A stretch of DNA of 64,000 bases from the NCBI GenBank assembly GCA_037133435.1, contig JBAXOD010000001.1:30979-94978 (forward strand), given 5' to 3'. The position numbers and the translations under genes are program-made. Shown here one piece after another: positions 58,322-64,000 of this stretch (the stretch's first letter is position 1; every line of letters starts with the position of its first letter). The DNA is from Candidatus Moraniibacteriota bacterium. Lineage in GTDB: Bacteria; Patescibacteriota; Minisyncoccia; Moranbacterales; UBA1568. A model generated the notes under the pieces. The model made no database searches and had not been told where the DNA came from. It saw only the letters and a list, made by a program, of their open reading frames with translations.

Positions 58322-58514
58322 TGCGCGAGATTGGGCATCGCTGATTCGCCGCTTTACGAGCGCACGTTCAATGAGGCCGCTTTCCAACAGATCTTGGCAG
58401 GGTATCGATAGGTTCGGTTATCATTAAAAAGACCTCTTGCGGGGTCTTTTTTGGTCTACGGATTTGCCCAAGGTCAGACCTTTGATTTCAAGGTCCGACC
58501 TTGGGTATATGCCG

Positions 58515-59246
58515 CTATTTCGCCACTGCCCACAGCGTCTCGAAGATGCTTTTGAAGCTGGTATGGATTGCCGGACTATCGATGATGAAAGCGAACTTTT
58601 CCTTGTAGGAAATTATGGCTATCTTGTTCTTTTCGTACATCAGCATCTCGATGTCGATCTTGAACAGTCCCGGCGGAAGGAATTTCGCCTGGCGTAAGTG
58701 TTGGACGCTTTTTCCCGAGAACGCGCGCATCTGTTCGTTGTCCGGCATCAGCGTCCGAGAAAGGATTTTCTGCCTGATCCGTTCCGGCCGATACGTTTTT
58801 TCGAAGAACTCGTCGCCGAAGTCCGAAAAGTATGATTCGGAAAACATCATCAGGATCTCTTTGCCCGGTTGTTCGAGTGATTTCATGAGGACTTCCTTGA
58901 TTCCTTCCTCGCCCTCGAAATAGCGGATTTCCGGTTTGTTGTCGATGAGATTCGTGAATGCGAGAAGTTGTGGGATGATGTCCGATATTTCCTTTTTTCG
59001 TTCTTCCATAATCCTCTCAAGGTCTCTCGGATCTTCTGCAAAGTAAAGGGTCTTTCCGCCTTTCTTTATGGCGCTGACAAGGCCCTTTTTCATCAGGTTT
59101 TCCAGTGAGAGATAGACCGTGGTGCGTTTAATGCCTGATTTGAGCGCGATGCGACTGACCGATGTTTGACCAAGCTCAAGCGTGGCGAGGTAGATCTTCG
59201 CCTCGTTCTCGTTTAGCCCGGCGCTTTGGAGTTGTTTATGGAGCAT
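58515..59246 (-). CDS. TrmB-family transcriptional regulator (copy 2)
   Basis: AGLNENEAKIYLATLELGQTSVSRIALKSGIKRTTVY wHTH. Aligns along its full length with copy 1. Confidence 0.7.
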   Translation of the reverse strand: MLHKQLQSAGLNENEAKIYLATLELGQTSVSRIALKSGIKRTTVYLSLENLMKKGLVSAIKKGGKTLYFAEDPRDLERIMEERKKEISDIIPQLLAFTNLIDNKPEIRYFEGEEGIKEVLMKSLEQPGKEILMMFSESYFSDFGDEFFEKTYRPERIRQKILSRTLMPDNEQMRAFSGKSVQHLRQAKFLPPGLFKIDIEMLMYEKNKIAIISYKEKFAFIIDSPAIHTSFKSIFETLWAVAK

Positions 59247-59280
59247 AAAGAAAGATTATCATGTCTTGTCATCAGAAATG

Positions 59281-59303
59281 GCGACAAAATAAGTATAGCA
59301 TAT
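59281..59303. promoter_or_regulatory. Second copy of the operator-like motif shared with 25022-25045
   Basis: gcgacaaaataagtatagcatat. Confidence 0.45.
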
Positions 59304-59496
59304 ATTCATTTTAATGGCAATAATAAAGCATAATTATTGATATATGCATTCTTCATAATGAAATTATTGGCATTACTAGTGACAAAAAATTGATTCGGCG
59401 TTATACTATTCCGTTACGATGCGTTGACAAGTCTAAACGCAATAGGAACGTTCCTTCATAATTCAATACCAACCAAATCAAAACAAAGGGAAAATC

Positions 59497-60165
59497 ATGA
59501 AATACATAGTTATGGCGATAGCGTTGTTGATGGGACTGGCGATTGAATGTCAGGCGGCCGAAGTCACCGTCAGTCAGGCGGTACTGTCCGATTACGTCAA
59601 CAAGTCGGGAAGTCATAGCGGCGTCCCTATCGAACAGTCGATGGTTAGTCTCGATGCGAACGGATATTACGGTTGCATCTGGAACAATATCGATCTTGAG
59701 AAACGGGTCGTCAGCGAAACTGACTATGTTATCGGAAAACGGGTAACCGTCGACCATACGTACGGCAGATTTTTCGCCGACCTAAGCATCCAACGCTGGT
59801 GCGTAGCGGGATCATCCGAGAATATGCTCGAACTGGTCCTGAAACAAAATGGCCCCGTATGCGGTTCCGTGATATGGACCAAGCAGGTCACGACCGGGAT
59901 AGCTTCCGGAAAGAACCGACTGTATGTCGAACTTGGCAAGCAGGCTGTCTTCGAAGGGCTGACTGTGACACCATCGATAGCGATCGCGTATCTCGACGGT
60001 TTCTACGCGACCAACGGGTGGGCACATGTGACGGGAAGAGTGCGGGCGGAGTACCCTGTGAGCGGAAATATCTCGTTCATCGCGCAGGGGAATATCCAGC
60101 ACGGCCTCCTACACAAGAAAGACGACCTGATCTACGGCAGCGTGGGTATGAAACTCCTGCTGTAA
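59497..60165 (+). CDS. Secreted beta-rich protein with a signal peptide (unknown function)
   Basis: MKYIVMAIALLMGLAIECQA signal. Alternating hydrophobic pattern. Encoded between the TrmB-like regulator and methyltransferase genes of copy 2. Confidence 0.45.
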   Translation: MKYIVMAIALLMGLAIECQAAEVTVSQAVLSDYVNKSGSHSGVPIEQSMVSLDANGYYGCIWNNIDLEKRVVSETDYVIGKRVTVDHTYGRFFADLSIQRWCVAGSSENMLELVLKQNGPVCGSVIWTKQVTTGIASGKNRLYVELGKQAVFEGLTVTPSIAIAYLDGFYATNGWAHVTGRVRAEYPVSGNISFIAQGNIQHGLLHKKDDLIYGSVGMKLLL

Positions 60166-60252
60166 AGTTGTTTCAAACGAAGGGCGGGAACATCGTTTCC
60201 CGCTTCCAATATTTCAAATCGCCATAGTGGCGGAAAAGACGAGGAGTGAGAC

Positions 60253-60987
60253 ATGAACGACAAAATGAAGCAGACATATGATGCTATCAGTGCCGAATAC
60301 GCAAAAGCGACCGCGATCGATCCGAATAAGCGGTACGTACAGTATCCCGAATCACTCCGATTGATCGGCGATATCCGCGGGAAAAGCGTATTCGATGTCG
60401 GTTGCGCCAATGGCATGTTCACGCGGATGATGAAGCGGGCCGGGGCAAGCGAAGTGACAGGGTATGATCCGTCGCGCAGGGAGCTGGATGATGCCCGGTA
60501 CGAAGAGTCGCAAAATCCTCAGGGTATCGAATATATCACTGATTATTCGGAATTGTCTGTCGGAAAACGATTCGATATCGTGACCGCGATCATGGTCATA
60601 CCCGCGGTGGAACCGGAACAGCTGGAGGAACTCTTCGGTCATGCTGGAAGGTTTCTTGCAGAAGACGGAGTGTTCGTCGCCCTAACACTGAATCCGGATT
60701 TTAGACGGTTCGGAACGGTCGTGAACTGCAGACAATTTTTCAAAAGACCCGATGGTAGGATCGACATCGATTTTCTCAATGAGAACGGTCGGACGTACCT
60801 GTCCATCGTCGATGCCGATTTTTCCAAGCAGGACGTGGAATGTGCCGCGCGGGGAGCTGGCTTCACGGACGTGTGTTGGGAGCCGTTGAAGATAGACCCG
60901 GCAGGTATCGAACGATACGGAGTCGACTATTGGGCGGGGTATGAAGAAGACTGCCCGTATATCGGTCTCATCGCGAACAGGGGATAG
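60253..60987 (+). CDS. Class I SAM-dependent methyltransferase (copy 2)
   Basis: Motif I VFDVGCANGMF and an acidic loop GYDPS. Same architecture as 25208..25939. Confidence 0.65.
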   Translation: MNDKMKQTYDAISAEYAKATAIDPNKRYVQYPESLRLIGDIRGKSVFDVGCANGMFTRMMKRAGASEVTGYDPSRRELDDARYEESQNPQGIEYITDYSELSVGKRFDIVTAIMVIPAVEPEQLEELFGHAGRFLAEDGVFVALTLNPDFRRFGTVVNCRQFFKRPDGRIDIDFLNENGRTYLSIVDADFSKQDVECAARGAGFTDVCWEPLKIDPAGIERYGVDYWAGYEEDCPYIGLIANRG

Positions 60988-61330
60988 GGATCTATGACAA
61001 GGGAGACGACATCGTCCCCCTTGTTTTTTTATGGGACGAGGAGATTGAATCGTATCGCTTGGTTTAAGCGAGCTCTTTACTCTTCGAGGACTCGGAAATA
61101 TCTATGTTCCTGGCGAAGACCCGCGTTTTTACCTATAAGCCTCTTTTTTGTATCTGTTCCGATGCCGTATGTATAATGTAGTACGCATGCCGCCGACGTG
61201 GAACTCAGAAGGATCGTGCGCGAAGAAGGACAAATCAGCAAAGAAATTTGTTGTTGTCCCGAATTCGCGGAATGGGATGAAGACTATGCCAGCGGCTGCA
61301 GTCTCTGCGGTCGCACGGTATCCGTATGAC

Positions 61331-61361
61331 AGAAACCTCCCCGGAAAAATCGGGGAGGTTT
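61331..61361 (-). terminator. Rho-independent terminator downstream of the DUF59 gene
   Basis: Read on the minus strand: aaacctccccgatttttccggggaggttt followed by ctgtcat. Confidence 0.55.
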
Positions 61362-61367
61362 TGATGT

Positions 61368-61712
61368 TTATGCGAACCCGAGACGGATCTTGGTCTCCTC
61401 GGTCATGCGATCGGGGGACCAGGGTGGGTCGAAGGTGAGGTCGATGTTCACGTCTTCGATATCCGGAAGTTCGAGCAGTCGGTCCTCGATGTCTTTTTGG
61501 ATGACGGGGAAGAGCGGACAGCCGATCGTCGTGAGGGTCATGGAAACCGTGGCGCTGCCTTCCGGGGTGATCTCTATGCCGTAGACCAGGCCCAGATCCA
61601 CGATGGACACGCCGAGCTCGGGGTCGAGCACGGCACGGAGTTTTCCCATTGTCTGTTCCTTGATTTCAATAACGTTTTTCATAATGTGGTGATGCGTGTG
61701 ATGCGCTGCCAT
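61368..61712 (-). CDS. DUF59/MIP18-family Fe-S cluster assembly protein (SufT-like) with a His-rich N-terminus
   Basis: LGVSIVDLGLVYGIEI and TLTTIGCPL motifs. N-terminal MAAHHTHHH. Confidence 0.65.
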   Translation of the reverse strand: MAAHHTHHHIMKNVIEIKEQTMGKLRAVLDPELGVSIVDLGLVYGIEITPEGSATVSMTLTTIGCPLFPVIQKDIEDRLLELPDIEDVNIDLTFDPPWSPDRMTEETKIRLGFA

Positions 61713-61770
61713 TCTCCCACCCCTCAGTCACGAATACGTGACAGCTCCCCTCAGGCAGGGGAGCAGGAAG
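61713..61770. repeat. Dispersed ~57 nt hairpin repeat element, copy B
   Basis: See copy A at 36221-36277. Here the 16 nt spacer, gtcacgaatacgtgac, is itself a perfect palindrome. The element abuts the start codon of the DUF59 gene. Confidence 0.5.
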
Positions 61771-61855
61771 ATAAAATGGTATGGTCATTCCTTTCGGACC
61801 TCCATGGTATAAAAAAATCACCCTTTTGGCAAAGAAGGATGTTTCGAAGCGTGAA

Positions 61856-62539
61856 TTATGATCGCCCGTTCCACTCTTCCATGAATTCCTGTTCGAATCG
61901 TTCCATGAACTCATGCCGATGCTCGGCCATACGTTTCCCAGCTCCGGTGTTCATGTTGTCTTTCAGCTTCAGGAGTTTGCTGTGGAAATGATGTATCGTG
62001 GAAGGGTCGGCCGCCGTCGATTCGTCGTAGTTGGGTTGATTGAAAGGCATATCCGGTTCCCACATAGGCGTCCCATGAGCACCGTTATATGTGAAAGTCC
62101 GACCGATGCCGATTGCCCCGATGGCGTCGAGATTGTCGGCATCCTGGAGGATGAGCGTCTCGATATCCTGAGCGGTTTTTCCCGTTTCCGAGAAATCGTA
62201 TTCTTCGTGGAATTCCACGCAGTGGCAGACCCGTTCTTTCTGCTTGTCCGTAAGCCCGGTTTCTTCCAGCAGTTCGCGAATTTGTGGGAGTGATGCTGTC
62301 GGCGGACAAAACACCCCGGATTCTTTTTCCATGATCCGGTGCAGGTCGTGCAGGAACGCCGCGACGGCTAACACGAGTCGGTCGCCGCCTTCTCGCTCCT
62401 GTATGGCAAGGGCGAGGTTCAGGACCCGTTTCAGATGATAGATATCGTGCCCGCTTCCTTCTTTGTGAAAGAGATGACGGATTTTTGATTCCAATGAAGC
62501 GATAATGACGTTAATCGAGGTATCGGTTTGGTTGTCCAT
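61856..62539 (-). CDS. HD-domain phosphohydrolase
   Basis: H...HD motif (AFLHDLHRIMEKE) and downstream metal-ligating His/Asp residues. Confidence 0.65.
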   Translation of the reverse strand: MDNQTDTSINVIIASLESKIRHLFHKEGSGHDIYHLKRVLNLALAIQEREGGDRLVLAVAAFLHDLHRIMEKESGVFCPPTASLPQIRELLEETGLTDKQKERVCHCVEFHEEYDFSETGKTAQDIETLILQDADNLDAIGAIGIGRTFTYNGAHGTPMWEPDMPFNQPNYDESTAADPSTIHHFHSKLLKLKDNMNTGAGKRMAEHRHEFMERFEQEFMEEWNGRS

Positions 62540-62874
62540 ATGTTCATTCCTTATTCGTACTGTATTATATCATTTCCCAAATCACACCATCCATAAGATT
62601 GTCTTTGCGAGCCCGTACTCGAGTAGCCTGTCCCGCGTATACTGGGGTGGCAATTCAATCACGTCGTTCGCAAGCGACGGTGACCAGTATTTCGGATTCG
62701 GCCCTGGACCGCCACGTTCCGCCGTTCGCGAAGGGCGGGACTCGCGGAGACGGAGGGAGCTGTTTCTTTACGATCTTCATACGATTTGTATCATGGAGCC
62801 GCGCCGGATGCAATCAGTCAGAAAACGAAAACGGACCCCCGGCGGGGATCCGCTCGTATAGACGGTTCGGATGA

Positions 62875-63114
62875 CTAGTTCACGCTGATGGCGCCGACGG
62901 GGCAGCCGTTCCTCGCGCTCTCGATCGTCTCCTTGGAATCCGCATCGGCGGTCGAGAGGATGGCCGACTTGCCATCACCGTCGAGTCCGAACGTGTTGCC
63001 TGCGATGGCCGTGCAGCCGCCGCACCCGATGCAGACATCGCGATTCACCTCGACCGTCGCGCCGTTTGCGAGGGTTACTGGTCCGCTTGGCGCTGTTTCA
63101 TCTTTGAATGCCAT
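62875..63114 (-). CDS. Small [4Fe-4S]/[3Fe-4S] ferredoxin
   Basis: CIGCGGCTAIAG (CxxCxxC) plus a distal CP (NGCPVGAI). Confidence 0.75.
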   Translation of the reverse strand: MAFKDETAPSGPVTLANGATVEVNRDVCIGCGGCTAIAGNTFGLDGDGKSAILSTADADSKETIESARNGCPVGAISVN

Positions 63115-63143
63115 AGCATTATTCTTACAAACTTATAGAGTAA

Positions 63144-63524
63144 TTATACCGTATTCGTAGAGTCTTGAGCAAGGGCCTTTTTCAACGTTTCGAGGGAAAG
63201 AAGGGCACACTTGAGCCGATTCGGGGAAAGTTCGACGCCGAGCAGGGCGAGGATATCGTCTGTTCCGAGGGCGAGCGCCGCTTCGATCGGTTTTCCTTTG
63301 ATGGATTCGGAAAGAATCGAGGCAGATGCCTGTGAGATGGCACATCCTTGGCCGGTAAATCGGATTTTGGAAATACACCCGTCTTCAACAAGCAGATCAA
63401 TCGAAAGTGAATCGCCGCAGGTGGGATTTTTGGCTTCCCCGTGATGTGTCGGGTAATCGATGATCCCGCAATTGCGCGGATGCCGGGAATGGTCGAGGAT
63501 GACGGCTTGGTAGAGGGAGGACAT
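63144..63524 (-). CDS. sufU: SufU/IscU-type Fe-S scaffold
   Basis: NPTCGDSL and GQGCAISQASAS motifs. HSRHPRN near the N-terminus. Confidence 0.8.
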   Translation of the reverse strand: MSSLYQAVILDHSRHPRNCGIIDYPTHHGEAKNPTCGDSLSIDLLVEDGCISKIRFTGQGCAISQASASILSESIKGKPIEAALALGTDDILALLGVELSPNRLKCALLSLETLKKALAQDSTNTV

Positions 63525-63664
63525 AGGACAGTAGTGAGTAGACAGTAGTGAGAAGTGAGGGAGGGACAGAGAAAGGAGTGTGCGGGGATGAAGAGAACTA
63601 TGAAGTGAGACGAGAAGAATTACATTTAGCGGTGGCGCAGGGATTTTCTGTTTCTTGATAGGGG

Positions 63665-64000
63665 CTACGGCCTGAACAGCCTAACTGTATCTTTTAATCC
63701 TTCAATCAACTTTTCAATGTCCGCTTCGGTATTATACACCGAGAAGCTGATACGTGCCGTGGCGGGGAGGGAGAGGGCACGATGCATCGGGGCAGCGCAG
63801 TGTTCACCGGCACGGATGCAGATATCGCGTTCACCGAGCACCTGCGCTATGTCGTGCGGGTGGATGCCTTCCACGGTAAAGGAGACGATGCCGCTTTCGC
63901 GCCGATCATTCAAACCGAGAATATGAATCGAATCACCGAATGCTTTTTCGAGTATTGACACCGCCTTCGTCGCGAGCCCGGATTCGTATGCATGTATGGC
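63665..64000 (-). CDS. sufS: Cysteine desulfurase (SufS-type), C-terminal portion only; the gene continues beyond the window end
   Basis: RAGEHCAAPMH (the RxGHHCAQP-type motif) and the C-terminal tail. The in-frame coding sequence continues to position 64000 without a stop. Confidence 0.75.
   Translation of the reverse strand, partial: AIHAYESGLATKAVSILEKAFGDSIHILGLNDRRESGIVSFTVEGIHPHDIAQVLGERDICIRAGEHCAAPMHRALSLPATARISFSVYNTEADIEKLIEGLKDTVRLFRP

Noticed and set aside
61148-61438. 96 aa plus-strand ORF in the methyltransferase/DUF59 intergenic region
   Set aside because: It spans the convergent terminator hairpin at 61331-61361. The composition is low-complexity and there is no motif.

Overview
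This is a gene-dense 64 kb bacterial chromosomal segment with about 60 protein genes on both strands. GC content is moderately high and classical Shine-Dalgarno motifs are almost absent. The ORFs are long under the standard genetic code. I found no rRNA or tRNA genes, no CRISPR array and no transposase or integrase. The content is anaerobe-like housekeeping mixed with accessory modules. Housekeeping genes include a class A PBP with GH18 and polysaccharide deacetylase cell-wall genes, alr, typA/bipA, xseAB, a zwf-pgl-gnd oxidative pentose phosphate operon, iPGM, lgt, class III anaerobic RNR nrdD/nrdG, a two-subunit 2-oxoacid:ferredoxin oxidoreductase, a minimal SUF Fe-S cluster (sufS partial, sufU, ferredoxin, SufT-like), HU and an ECF sigma factor. 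Accessory modules are a copper-resistance island (CsoR with a clear operator palindrome, DUF305, CopA, HMA-membrane protein, cupredoxin-like protein, MarR), a Fur-family regulator with a palindromic box, a MacB/FtsX-type ABC exporter, and a giant secreted lamin-tail-domain repeat protein. The less conventional observations are: an adenosine-kinase::SAH-hydrolase fusion; a class III RNR whose glycyl-radical domain sits on a separate small zinc-ribbon protein, behind a NrdR-box-like promoter; two paralogous TrmB-like-regulator/SAM-methyltransferase modules sharing an operator-like motif; three paralogous small proteins flanking the HU gene in a lower-GC patch; a roughly 160 nt structured candidate ncRNA with its own terminator; a dispersed roughly 57 nt hairpin repeat; and a recurring family of heptamer-periodic, stop-codon-rich low-complexity spacers directly after many stop codons. 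All calls are from reading the sequence and the supplied translations. No database search was run.
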